A stretch of DNA of 64,000 bases from Gracilinanus agilis (lineage: Eukaryota). The first letter of the stretch is position 1, and every line of letters starts with the position of its first letter. The notes under the pieces were generated by a model. That model was not told where the DNA came from. It made no database searches and worked only from the letters and a program-made list of their open reading frames with translations. Positions 34,865 through 48,300 of this stretch are shown here, piece after piece. The position numbers and the translations under genes are program-made. The stretch lies in the NCBI RefSeq assembly GCF_016433145.1, contig NC_058130.1:777971002-778035001 (forward strand), in the 5' to 3' direction.

Positions 34865-35750
34865 CTGTTAACAATCTAGCCTTTGGTGTCTTTTAGGGGG
34901 ACTAATTTTGATTTTATATTCAGTTTCAAATTCTCTCTCCTCCCTTCCTGATTCCCACTCGTTGAAGGGGCAAGAAAAACTAAAGCCCATTACAAATAAG
35001 TATAGCCATGCAAAGCAAATTCTCACATTAAGGAAGGAAGCAGGCAGGAAAAAAGGAAAATAGGCTTCAGTCTGAGCCCATCTGGACCTCTGTCTGGAGG
35101 AGGGCAGCATTTTCAACATGAGACCTTTGGAACCATATGAGGTTGGTCATTGTAGCTAAGTTTTTCTCAGTTGTTTATTTTAACAACATTGCTGTTATTG
35201 TATAAATTGTTCTACTGGTTCAGCTCCCTTCACTTTGTATCAGTTCATACAAGTCTTCCCAGGTTTTTCTGAAACCGTCATTTCTAGTAGCACAATAGTA
35301 TTCCATCACAATCATATACCACAACTTGTTTAGCTATTCCCCAATTGATGACATCCCATCAGCTTCCAGTTCTTTGTTCCCATTAAAAAAAATGCTGCTA
35401 TCAACATTGTTGTACCTCTGGGTCCTTTTCCTCTTTCTTTGATCTCTCTGGGATATATGCCTAGTAGTGGCATTGTTGGGTCAAAAGTTATGCACAGTTT
35501 TGTTGGAATCATTTCAAATTTCTTTCCAAAATGTTTGGATCAGTTCACAGTTCCATTAACAGTACATGTCTGACTGCAGCTCCTCCAGCACTGGCCATTT
35601 CCCCTTTGTCAAGTTAGTAAATCCTATGAGTAGGAGGTGTTGTCTCAAAGTTGCTATAATTTTTATTTCTCTAATGTGATTTAGAGATTTTTCCCTTAGT
35701 CTTAGTGCCTTGAAACCAGATTCTTCTTTCTCTATAGTCTGACAATTAAT
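34865..35750 (-). mobile_element. Old L1 3' end
   Basis: ORF 35330-35512 TFDPTMPLLGIYPREI...KNWKL. Confidence 0.85.
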
Positions 35751-35829
35751 ATACATCCACCTGCCTGTAGTCCTGTATCCCTATATAAAATGACCATATA
35801 GATAGAGAGTATGGGAATAAATATCGAGC

Positions 35830-36240
35830 GGGATTTGGAGTAAGGTCTCTCCAACCTCCAGCACATATAGGCTGAATACCCCAAAGGATCAAGCCCAGGT
35901 GGAGTCTAAATATTCCTCCAGAGTGTTGGTGATGAGATGCTTGCACTACTTACCCCATAGGTTCCTTGTAAGGAAATGGTTATTTTAGTGAGTGAATGAT
36001 CTCATCCCTATGAGTTCTTCTCCCATGATGAAGATTGTGACCCATTCATATTGTCATCTGGTCACACTATTATACATTTCTGGGTATAACTTCTTATAGA
36101 GACTCCACACAGCATTCTTGGGGCCATCCTTCCTCCAGCTCTTTTGCATGGTTACTACTGGTGTGAGCATATGGGTGATTAATTTTTTGTCTCTGGCTCT
36201 TAAGTCATACCTGACTGCCCTCATTTTCCAGTCACATGTC
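35830..36240 (-). mobile_element. RTE LINE 3' relic
   Basis: The minus strand gives a decayed W.GH..RARD..W.AHML-type RTE C-terminus (ORF 36054-36245). Confidence 0.7.
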
Positions 36241-37193
36241 CCCATGATAATCTCTTTTACATCATTTTCCTATATAATTCTTTCTCTGTAACATTCTACA
36301 TCCTGTTCTCTCCCATTCTGAGCCTCCCCCCACCCCAATTCTCCATTAACCTGGTATTACCTCTAGCTTTGTTGTATAGAGAGTGCAGTCAAAATATGTT
36401 CTTCTCTCACTAGACCTTTAATCAGAGAACCTAAAGGAGTGCAAGATGACCAAACTAAGACAGTGCTATTTATTGTATTATCAGCCTCAGGCACTGTACA
36501 TTCATCATCTTGCCCCCAGGAAACTGTAGTATGACTAGTTTGAATGTGCAGCAGAATTAAAAATCTAAAGGACGTTGGGGATCTCAGAGTTGAACTAGCA
36601 GGGACACTTTGTCCAACCTTTACCTGAGAGAGGCAGCAGAAATTAATGGAAAGCCTAGTCTTGAATGCATAGCTTTGCAACTTAAAGAAAATCTTTTAAC
36701 TTCTCTAGGCCATGGTTGTTTCATCTTTAAAATACGGATAATAATGTTTACACTACATTAGCTGGATAGGGGATACCCTCAGAGCCCTCTATAATAATGT
36801 GAGCTGCAAGATTATTGCTTTTACACAAGGGAATTGCTCAAAGGGGTAGAATCTTAGCATGTCTTTCTTGACACAATAAGATCTTCCTGCTCCCAGATCT
36901 TATCATGCCATTCCCCTACTCGGTAAACTTCACTGGCTCCCTATCACCCCAGGATCTTCATTTCCTGGCCCCCTCCTGTAAATCTTGTTACATCTTATTG
37001 GGCAGCCACCACCACCACCACCACTATTCATATTCTCCCTTTCCAAACTCTGTAATCTAGGGACACTGGACTTCTTGTCAGGCAGTCAGTATTTATGAAG
37101 TGCCTTCTTTGTGCTGGACACCATGCTGAGTGCTAGGGATACCAGAAAAGCTTTCAAAAAACCCTAGTCAAATGGGGGAAAATAAATGCAAGC

Positions 37194-37235
37194 AACCTAG
37201 TACAAACCTAGTACAACCTAGTACAACCTAGTACA
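37194..37235. repeat. AACCTAGTAC x4 minisatellite
   Basis: Four consecutive 10-11 bp units are visible. Confidence 0.9.
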
Positions 37236-39777
37236 AAGCTTGAGAGGATGAAAAAGCAGTCATAGTCATATTGCATGAACATGCGATGGGGCATCATGTG
37301 TTCATCTTTTTGTGAATCACAGTGTGATTGATACTTTTTCATTAAACACTGTCCTTCTGGAAGGGATAGGACAAATACTTGGGGCTACACTGGACTTCCA
37401 GCCATGTTGGCTCAGTGCCAACTGGGCATGGGTAAGTCTTTGTTATTCATGCCATCACCAGGGCCCCTCTGACTCCAAGTGATCAGATTCCACTTGTTCA
37501 AATAGACAATCTGATTGGCCCAACCGACCCTTCTTGCCTTTGAGTGATTGGAATTACATTCACTTTTAGTCCAGTTTCCTATAGGGAGATTCTATCTCCC
37601 TGCTCATTCTTTTTCAGGGTTATTGGTGTGTATCAAAGAAACTTAAGTAATTCAACAAACTTTTATTGAGTACCTTAAAATAAGAATAAGATCTCCTTTC
37701 CAATCCAGACTCCAATCAATCAATTAATAAACATTTATTAAATACTGGTGGTATGCCAGACACTATGCTGATTATGGCCATATAAAGACAGTCAAAAATG
37801 ATGCATGTCCACAAGGAGCTTCTGTTCTAACAGAAGAGACCACATGTAAATAAAGGGGGACATACAATTTACATATGGAATGGCTGGAAGGTAACCTTCC
37901 TGGGAAAGGTTCTAATATCTGTAAGGATCAAGCAAAGCCTCCTGCCTACTGGTGTGAGCAAGTTGCTATAAGCAAACCAGTAAAACAATATCATGAGCTG
38001 GAATATGGAGAGTGAGGAAGAATAAGAGTCCTTGAAAGGTGAAAAGCTTTAAATGCCAAACAAGAGATTAAATGTCATTGTGGAAATAATGGAGAGTCTT
38101 TCACATTTGTTGATGAGGGGAGATTCCTAGTTCAGACTTCTGGACAGCTGCCAAAGTGATAGTCCTAGAGGATAAGTGGGACCACAAGATGCCCCCCGCC
38201 CAACCCCATCAGACAAACTCCACTGACTCTTTATTACCTCCAGGACCAAATGCAGATGACTCTGTTAGACACTTTACATAGCCTGGTTCTATCTTCTTTT
38301 CCCGAGTTTATTAAACATTGCTCCTCTTCATGAACTCTCTACTTAAGTAAAGTGTATATCCCCAGGGTAAGCTAGTGTAATACCAGGCACATAATAAGAG
38401 CTTAATAAATATTTGATTGATTGAATCCCCATAGGAAACAGTCCCCATTGCATCTCTGACCTTTATATAAAATGTCCTCCATAGACACTCTCTTCCTCAC
38501 TTCTGCCTCTTTGAATTCTGAACAGCCTTCAAGGCACAGCTCAAGTCTATCTTTCCCTCAAGCCCTGTCCTGATGTCCAGTTCTAGCTGCTAATGCCTCC
38601 TCCCAAAAGATGCCTTAGATATGTTCTCTATGTATTTTGTAAATACATACATGTATGCATACTGCCGCCTCTAATGTAGTAGTATAAGCCCTATGAAGGT
38701 AAAGATTGTTTTATTTTTGTCTATGCCCCCAGAGTCTGACAGTGGTAGTCATTTAATAAATGATTGGTAGTTGATTAATTTCCATGAATGAAATTGTGCT
38801 GAGTACTGAGTTGACAAGGGCAAACAAAATAAAATTCTACCATAATGTGTGTGCCCTTAAGTGTTTATAGCCTTGAGGCAGAGAGTGTGAGCAGCCCAGA
38901 GAAATGATGTAATGTGTGCCAAGATTGTAGAGCTAGTTGTCAAGACTGCCCCTGGTTATGCCTTGGACCAGGGTGCAGACAGGGGTCCATACCCACCATG
39001 ACACCATTCTCCCCCTGAAGATACAGAAGTAAAAATCTCATAGGAAGGTGAGGGGGAAAAAGAGGGAACCCTTGAGGTTACCAAACCCAACCTGAGACCG
39101 AGAGGGTCACACCAGTCAGTGGTAGAACTGGCATTCCAGCCCCAGGCCTCGGCCTCTCATCCAATGCACTTTTTGATGTCCTGTGTTCCACCACATGGGC
39201 TCTGCCCTGGCAGAGGTTTTGAGAATGGCAAACAAGCACACAAGCAATTGTGAAATAATAGAGAACCAAAGAACCAGTGCACAAAAACTATTCAAAGTCT
39301 AAGAATGAAAAGTCAATTCTCCCTGGGGATATTAGGCAAGTTTCATGGAAGAGGAAGCATTTGAACTGAGTCTAGAAGGATTTTAGCCTATGGAAATATT
39401 TGAGGAAAGGCAATGCAGGCATGAGATGCAATAGGAAGAAAAGCACAGAGACTCCACAGTAATGTGTAGGCTCTTACATAGGAGACAAAGTAGTACAGGT
39501 GGCTGGAGGATGATGAGAGAAAGGCAAGAAGAAGCCAGAGGGTGGAGGGCTTGTTGGATAGAGTCAGTTGGAAGAGAGTGGGGCTTAATCATTCTGGCTT
39601 CCAAGTTCTTGAAGTTGCACAGCCAAGAGGCATCCTGCAGATGAGACTCAAAGGCAGGTCCTCAGTGGAATATTCCCTGTACTATTCTTGGGGGCCTTGA
39701 GCAAGGCTCCATATGCCCCCACACCAGGAGTGGGAAAAGCTTTTTCGGAAATTCTGCCATTAGCAATAGGGCGGGGC

Positions 39778-39905
39778 TTACAGGAAGACAGTTCAGCTCA
39801 ATATAAGAAATAACTTCCTTATAACTGGAGTGTCTAAGACTGGAATAAGCTTCCATATGAAATCATGAGCTCCCTCTTACTGAAATTATTTAAGAAAAGG
39901 TTGGA
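39778..39905 (+). mobile_element. CR1/L3 3' end
   Basis: ttcagctcaatataagaaataacttccttataac...gagctccctcttactgaaattatttaagaaaaggttggat. Confidence 0.75.
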
Positions 39906-40074
39906 TCAAAAAAGTGAGAGCTCATCTAGTCTAACCCCTTACTTTAATTTTATAGTTGCAAAAAGGCAAATTGAGGTTTGACCTCAAGAAAGATTTCCAA
40001 AGAATTAAAGCTGTTCAAAAGCTGCTGCAATAGGTACTCCTACCTTTTATACATCTTAGGATCTTAGATTTATT

Positions 40075-41130
40075 TTTTATTCCGTTTTATCATGAAAAAT
40101 ATACATTCATAATGATCATTGTTGTAAGAGTACACTCATTCATAACCAAGACTCCAGAATAAAGCCATAAATACACTGATGTTAAAGACAGTATGCTTTA
40201 CCCATGGATTCCAACAGTTCTTTCTCTGGAGGTGGATAGCATTCCCCATCATAAGCCTTTCAGGATTGTCCCAGATCATTGCATTGCTGAGAGTAGCCAA
40301 GTTTTCATTGTTGATTTTTATACAATATTGCTGTTACTGTGTACAATGTTTTCCCAGTTTTGCTTATTTCACTCTGCAGATCTTTCCAGCTTTTTCTGAA
40401 TTCATCCTGCTTATCATTTCATATAGCACAACAGTATTCCATCACCAACATGTCCAATTTGTTCAGTCATTCCCCAACCTATGAATATCTCCTTAATTTC
40501 CAATTCTTTGCCACTACAAAAAGAGCTGCTATAAATATTTTTGTACTTCCCTTTTTTATTATTTCTTTGGGATACAGACCTAATAGTGGTATTACTGGAT
40601 CAAAGTGTATACACAGTTTTATAGCCCTTTTGTCATGGTTCCAAATTGCCCTCCCAAATGGTTGGATCAGTTCACAACTCCACAACAATGCATTAGTGTC
40701 CCAATTTTGCCACACACCTCCTCCAACATTTTCCACTTTCCTTTACTGCCATGATAGGTGTGAGGTGGTACCTCAGAGTTGTTTTAATTTACCTTTCTCA
40801 ATCAAGAGTGATTTAGAACATTTTTTCACACGATTTATTGATGTCTTTGATTTCTTCATCTAAAAAGTGCTTGTTTATAGCCTTTGATCATTTGTCAGTT
40901 GAGGAATGGCTTTTATTATAAATTTGACTTCATTCTCTATTAACTCGAGATATTAGACCTTTTTCAGAGAAATTTGTCATAAAATTTTCTCCCAGTTGGT
41001 TTTCCTTTTGATCTTGGTTACATTAGTTTTGTTTGTACGAAAGTTTTTAAATTTAGTATTATCAAAATTATTCACTTAATATCTTATAATATTCTCTTAT
41101 CTCTTGTTTGAGCATAAATTCTTCCCTTCT
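40075..41130 (-). mobile_element. L1 3' end
   Basis: ORF 40479-40736 CELIQPF...[30 protein letters not shown]. Confidence 0.92.
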
Positions 41131-41334
41131 CCAAAGAGGATCTTGGATTTAGAACTAGAGGGAAACCTTGGAAGCCATTTAATCCAAGTGCCTCATTTTC
41201 CCTCAGAGGTCTTCAAACAAAGCTGGGACCATCATTCTTTGGGTATGTTCTTTAGTGGAGATTCCTTTCATGTACTAGATGGCCTAAATGACTGCTGACA
41301 TTGCTTCTGATGTTCACTTTTGGTGTATTTGTTT

Positions 41335-41850
41335 TTAAGTTTTTAAGTTTTTCCTCATGGTTACATGATTTTTGTTGTCTCCCTCCTCTCTTCTCTCCCC
41401 CTCCTAGAGGTGACAAGCAGTACCACTGGGTTATACATATATTATCATTTAAAACCCATTTCTATATTATTCATTTTTGTAATAGAGTAATCTCTTAAAC
41501 CAAAACCCCAAATCAAACACCCATATAAACAAATGATAAATCATATGTTTTCCTCTGGATTTCTACTCCCCACAGTTCTTTCTCTTGATGTGGATAGCAC
41601 TCTTTCCCATAAGTCCCTTGGAATTTTCCTGGATCATTGCATTGCTATTAGTAGCAAAGTCAATCACATTTGATCATCCCACGGTGTTTCAGTTACTGTG
41701 ATTACAGTAATGTTCTCCTGGTTCTGCTTATTGTACTCTCTGGCATCAGTTCATGGAGGTCGTTCCAGTTCTTATAGTAATCCATCAATTCATCATTCCT
41801 TATAGCACAATAGTACTTCATCACCATCATATCCTGCAATTTGTTCAGAC
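41335..41850 (-). mobile_element. L1 3' UTR fragment
   Basis: catggttacatgatt...ccacagttctttctcttgatgtggatagc...cacaatagtacttcatcacc. Confidence 0.9.
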
Positions 41851-42919
41851 TTTTGGTGTATTTTTAATTGAATAAGGAAATTGAAACTAAGAGTTAAGTG
41901 ACCTGATGAAGGCCACACAGGTCTGAAGTAGTCTTTCTACTTCATGAGGCTCCTTCTGTCTCTCTTCTGCTTGGAGAAAGGAGCTTGTACTTGTGCCTCC
42001 ATGCCTTTCTTCATACTGAAAGAAAGGAAGTTGGACTAGCAGCCCTCTATGAAACTTAAAGATTCTTTGGTTCTCTGGCTCTGGTCTCTGGGGTTCTAGG
42101 AGTTTATGACCCCACAGCCTTTGATTTTTATAGTAATAGTAATCACAGCTAGCTTTACATAGCACTTCAGGCTTGCCAAGTGCTTCACAAAAAGTATCTC
42201 TTTTGGTCCTGACAACATTTTGTTATCCTCATTTAATGAGTTAGGAAACTGAGTCAGACAAGGATAACATGACTTGCCCCCATGGTCACATGGTGAGTCA
42301 GTGTCTAAAACAAGATTTTAACTCAGATCCTCCTGACCCCAAGCCATACATTCTACCCACTGTACTATCAACTATTAGCTGGCTCTTGTTATATATATCA
42401 AGATTTTAAAATGATTTCTTTACATCCAAAACCCAAAGTAGCACTTTCTCTCCCTTGTCCTGAAGGCTTCTGCACGGTTGGCTAACTTTTCCACTCCTCT
42501 TAACTTTCTCTTTTGGTTATAACTTTGAGGCAGCAGCAGCATGTGGAAAATTCTTCAAGTATAATTAGCCATTTATCAAGTGGTATCTGAGAACATGGAA
42601 GTCTTAAATATCTCCAGACAAGGAAAATGTAATGAGGAGCTTCCAGAGACCTCCTTGATGTCACTGGCAGTGTCTGATGACTGTCCATGATACCCTGCTG
42701 GTCACATTCTCCCAGGGTGTTCACTGGATGCCAGCCAATCTGACAGGCTACCATTGAACTGGTGAGAGATGAGAGTGGTCTCCTGTTGACCTTAACGTTT
42801 CTATATGAATGTTAGTCTAAATAACTACGCTGCTTAGATTCCTGTGCCCTCTGCCCTCTTAGAGGTGAGAATAGGGCTTTTTCATTTTTAAAGCTTCTCA
42901 GGGAGTGTTGCCCAGTCAT

Positions 42920-43590
42920 TTATTTATTTGTTTGTTTATTTATTTATTTTTGAGTATTTCCCAATGGTTACATGATTCATGTTCTCTCCCTCCCCTCCTG
43001 CTTCCTGGAGCTGACAAGCAATTCCACTGGATTATACGTGTGATCGCTTGATACCTATTTCCATATTATTCATTTTTGTAGCAGAGTAATCTTTTAAATC
43101 CAAAACCCTAAATCATATACCCATATATACAAGTGATAAGTCATATGCTTTTCTTCTGCATTTCTACTCCCCACAGTTCTTTCTCTCAATGTGGATAACA
43201 TTCTTTCCCATAAGTCCCTTGGGATTGTCCTGGATCATTGCATTGCTACTAGTAGCAAAGTTGATTACATTGGATCATCCCACAATGTTTCAGTTAACTG
43301 TGTACAGTGTTCTCATGGTTCTGCTCCTTTCGCTCTGCATCAATTCCTTTATGTTGTTCCAGTTCACATGGAATTCCTCCAGTTCATCATTCCTTAAAGC
43401 ACAATAGTATTCCATCATCATCATATATCACAATTTGTTCAGCCATCCCCCAATCAAGGGACACCCCCTCATTTTCCAATTTTTCCACAAAGAGTGCAGC
43501 TATAAAATATTTTTGTACAAATACTTTTTTCTATCTCTGTGGGTACAAACCTAGTAGTGATATTGCTGGATAAAAAGGCATGCATTTAAA
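42920..43590 (-). mobile_element. L1 3' end
   Basis: Same 3' UTR motifs, a (TTTA)n tail and the ORF2 terminus in reverse. Confidence 0.9.
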
Positions 43591-44639
43591 GCCTTTTGTA
43601 ACCCAGTCATTCTTGATAAGAAATGCCATTTTAAATTATTCATCTGCTTTTCATCTTTATTAAAGATGTCATTTGGTTCCCACAGAATCTTGTATTTGGG
43701 AGGGTAGAAGGTAGGGTAAAGAGTACCCCCAGAGGCCTGCTGCTTTGTGCCCTTAGCCACTGTGCTCAGTCTTCTGTTGGGCACTGACAGCCCCTCATAG
43801 TCTGGAACCTGCCTACCTTTCTGGGTACTTCTTGACCTTTTTGCTATTTTGCTTTCTGAGCTGCACAATGAACAGACTAATAGCACTGAGCTCAGGTGAT
43901 TGTTGTGTATCTTATTGTGTAAATGCGTAGACTGTATTTACTGTTTACAAGAGGCTATAGAGAGGTCCTTGCTTTGCCACAGTGACTCTGCCATCAGACT
44001 TTGGGGTTCCTAGAGAAGGCTCAGTGCAACATGCTCCCAGCCATTGGTCTGGAACCACTTGTTGTCAATCCACAAGAAAGTGGATCACCAGAGATATAAA
44101 CCAGCATCAGATGGTAGGAAAGAGCCTGGCATATAAAATGAGAGGGACTAGGTTTGGGCTTCTCCAGCGAATCTGACTTGGTGCCCTCACAACTGCCTCA
44201 GGCCCTTCTCTCCTTGCACCTCAGTTTTTTCATTGCCAAAATCAGGCATTTGGGCCAGATGATCTTTTAAGGGCTCTTCTAGTGCTAAATCCTGTGATTT
44301 TCTGAATAGATAAATTTAAAAAAAGACCTGACTGCCTTTCCTTTTCCAAATTTCTTTGTATCCTTCTCCTTCTAACCTAATGCTCTCTTCCCTAACGGTT
44401 CTGGCTCCCGAGACAATAGAAAATGCCATTATCTTCCCATTCCATTGTGTTGTTTGGATGGAGAAGCAATCTTATATTTCTGCTGGAGCAAGAGGTTAGA
44501 TGAGACAGCTCCCTAAGGCTTTTTCCATTCAAATATCCTCACAACCTGTAGAGATCCAGACTACTAGAGGTTACCTAGCACAAACCCCTTCCATGGGGAG
44601 GAGGTTTCACCTGGGTGTTCCATCATTGCCCCTTCTCAT

Positions 44640-44835
44640 CCTATGCCAGTTTTACCTTTGTATTCCCATTTATCCTCCATAAAGAATCCATCCTGCACAC
44701 TGACTGGCAACCTTCCTATGTCTCTTGGGTATCAATGTAGTGCTCAGATGGTCTGTGGTCATCTTTTACTCCATGACTGACCATCTTCTTTTTCTACTCA
44801 TACAGTGCCTTGATGACATCCTTTATGCCATTTTT
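44640..44835 (-). mobile_element. RTE LINE 3' relic
   Basis: The minus strand reads KDVI.ALYE.KK...DSLWRI, an RTE C-terminus pattern. Confidence 0.65.
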
Positions 44836-44864
44836 TTGTGTGCAAGTTACTATTTGGTAACATG

Positions 44865-45060
44865 ATGAGGCAGCCTGGTGGTGCATGTTGCTGGACTTGG
44901 AGCCCAGAAGACCTCAGTTCAAATCTGTCCTCAGTTACTTACTAGCTGTATAACTCTGGGCAAGTCACTTAAACTCTGTTTGACTTCAGTTTTCTCACCT
45001 ATAAAATGAGAATAATAGCTCCAGCCTCCCAAGTCTCTTATAGTTCTATAGAAATGTTAG
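44865..45060 (+). mobile_element. MIR relic
   Basis: gcccagaagacctcagttcaaatctg...ctctgggcaagtcacttaa...ttttctcacctataaaatgag. Confidence 0.85.
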
Positions 45061-45117
45061 TGTTCCTGTTGTTGACAATGACAGTCACAGTAATTTAATA
45101 AATGCTTGTTGAATTTG

Positions 45118-45303
45118 TTTAAAACTCTTACCTTCTGTCTTAGATTCTAAGTATCAGTTCCAAAGCTGAAGAACAGTAAGGGCTGGGCAGTTGAGGGTAA
45201 GTGACTTGCCCAAGGTTATACAGCTAAGAAATGTCTGAAGCCAAATTTGAACCCAAGACCTCCCATCTCCAAGCCTGACTGAGCCAATTAGCTACTACCC
45301 CCA
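45118..45303 (-). mobile_element. CORE-SINE inserted in an L2 tail
   Basis: SINE body with a diverged TSD, AAATGCTTGTTGAATT versus AAATACTTGTTAAATT. Confidence 0.85.
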
Positions 45304-48300
45304 AATACTTGTTAAATTAAATAGAAACAATGCCTTCTTTTTTAACTCTGCCTAGAAAGACCGCCACTAAGAAAGCACCTTTACATGAACAAAAGACAGA
45401 AGTTAGCCAGGAGAATCAACCTTGATGAAAATTCAGGCTAGAAAGACTGACCGCTGATCTGTACCATGTCTTATGGATCTTGTAGTCTCTAATGTATTTT
45501 TTCCCAAGGGCATTTATGTGGAGTTGCTGAGGTTGCCATGTTAACCCCACTCAACAAACCTTATTAAGCTCATACTCTGAGCTAAGTTCTGTTGTGGGTT
45601 CTAATAAAAAGATATATATGTCTTATTCTTCAGGGACCTATCTACCCTCAGAAAGGAGAGAATACAAGGACTCTGAGAAGTGGGGAACAACAGCTTTTTG
45701 TGCCTAGGATCCTGGCTTGAATGCTAGAAGGAACCTCAGAGGCCATTTGGTCCAAACCCTTCACTTTATAGCCAAGGAAACAGACTCAGAGAGACACGTG
45801 GGACCCACCAGCACACACCCCAAGAGTTAACCAGTAAGGGCTTAAGAAGGGCTTGGCACTGGGTTGTCTGGCATCTACACTAACACTTTCCTGTCCTACC
45901 ACACTATCTGTTTAACACAAAAACATCATTGAGATCCCATGGTAAAGCACTTAGCACAGTGCTTGGCTATAGTAGGCCCTCTGAAAATGCTCATTGGTTT
46001 CCTTTCCTAATTTTCCAAGAGTCGTAGGAACCAGCTATAAGATGAAATTGAACTTCCCTGATCCATTCACAGCCCAGTAAAACTTGTTCCTCCAGGGAGT
46101 TTCTCCTCTTCAATATCAATTATTCATAGTAGGTGCGTATCTAGATCAGAATAATTGCTTTTTAGTAACTTGCTTTAAGATAGACAACTTCATCATAAGT
46201 ATCATTTCCTTTGCTTTAAGTTATATTTAACTTAGCAATTTAGTAGCAATTATAAAATGGTCTGTATAAATCTCAGGAGACAGCACTGATTGTGCATTCT
46301 TTGCGTTTGGACTTAGTTCCTCCTCAGGGTCACATAGCATCCCTACGGTCTCTCTCCCAGCCAACTTCTGTTTGTTTCTTCTGCTGGAATGAGACATGCT
46401 GTGTCTAAGGATATTAAAAAGGACACCAAGATTTGAATCAAGAGACCCAACATTCAATCTCAGCTTTGCTCATTGTGGAACAGTAGGCTAGTCACTTCCT
46501 CTTTGAGTGGGCCTCCATTTAGGAGGATTGAAGAATTGTAGGTATATCAAATGCTTTGTCATTGGCTAGTATGACATCATTGGAGGGGGTTTTTACAACC
46601 TGATCTTATATTTCTCTTCATAGTTTGACAGAGATATTGGACTCTTGAAGGCTCTATCACAGAGGGGTTGAAAACAATATCAATAATAAGAATAGTAGAG
46701 GCAGCTAGGTTGCTCAGTGGTTTGAGAGCCAGGCTTGGAAATAGGAGATTCTGGTTCAAATATGGCCTGTAATAATCCTGCCAGGAAATGCTCAACCATA
46801 AAAATTGAACATTTACTGAATGCCTAGCAAGATATGACCTGGGGTCTAGAATTACACATAAGCAGCTCACCCTCTTTCATGCATTGACCAGCGATAAATC
46901 CCCACATTACAAACACAGACCCCAAATATTCAGGAAATTTTAAATAACAGATTGTACCCCTTTCTAGCCAGACATAAACTGATTCATTCTAACTGAAGAA
47001 CAGCATTTTAAATAAATGTCATCTTCCCAGAATCTCAAAATCTCCAGGCTACATGGAACTAAAGAAGGATGGATGCTTAGCTGAGGAGATCAAAGGCCTG
47101 TGGGTACAGGACTAGGCCCTGTTGTGCTGCTTGCTGCTAGGCTTACAATGTTCTCAGGGAACCAGCCCTACATAGGACAAACTGACTTCTTCATACTTTT
47201 TTTCAACTACAAAAAGTGGTTCTTGAATCCAGTTATGTAATACTTAGCAGACCTTTGAATATAAAAGAATGATTTACAAGATATAGACTCGTCCCAGGAT
47301 CACTTCTCTCCAAACTGCCTCCAAAAGGGGTTAGAGCAGGACAATAATATTAGAATGATTGAAATGAACATTTCTAGTGTTTAAGGTCTGCAAAGTACTT
47401 TCTACATATTATCTTATGGGCTCCTTACAACAGCCTTGTGGAGGATTGCCCCAAGCTACAATTTTCCTCAACTGGAAAATGAGCAAACTAAATGAATAAA
47501 ACTGTGGATCTTCCAAAGTTATTAATATCCATCATGACCATATCAACAAACTAGAAAGTTGATTTTATAATAAAGAGGGCCCATTGCCCATCTGTAGAGA
47601 CATGTGCTAGGAAGGAAGGAACTAACCTTCCAGAGACACTGGCTGTCTGTTTTATATATTTGTTGTTTGGCAATGCCTGTGTTGTATCCTGGCCAATGTA
47701 GCAAGAATTCATAACTTGAGCATCCCCTTTTTTAGAGTTGAAAGGAAAATGAGTAGAACCACTGCTGTGGTAGAATTCTACTACTGCTCTCTCTTCTACT
47801 AGACAACTGTTGACCAAAGACTCATATAAGAAACAAAGGCATCTAATCCTATCTCTCTGGTTTTAGGGGTTCAGGGAGAGGGCCTGAAACCAGCTTATGA
47901 ATAATTCTACTCAACACTCCATGGATACTGGTTAGCCCACCCTCCAATGCTCTGCTGCCCCTGTAGGAAGAGAAGGGAGGGAAAGGAATTCCTGCAAGAA
48001 CCTACCCTCAGTTTGGCTTATAAGAACACTGGTACTCCCTCCACCAAGCAATCAGGGTTGCTGGAGGCAGCTTAAAAAAAAAAAAAACTCCTTGCCAAAT
48101 GCCATAATTGGAATGTGGCCTATTTTTAGACATTCATTTCAGAACATGAGCTTATTTCCCTAGAGGTGATCTCAATGGCTAAGAAGCATTCATCACTGAG
48201 GGGGATGTGTAGTAATTTCCTAATAATCAACAGCTCTAGTGCTGTATCATTGCAGTTATTCAAAGACTCTTCTTGTATGTAGGACATTCAAATGCTGATC

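Noticed and set aside
37400-37436. Possible exon with gccATG and a strong ATGG|GTAAGT donor
   Set aside because: The acceptor is poor, the peptide MLAQCQLGM is not recognised, and it sits among old repeat relics.
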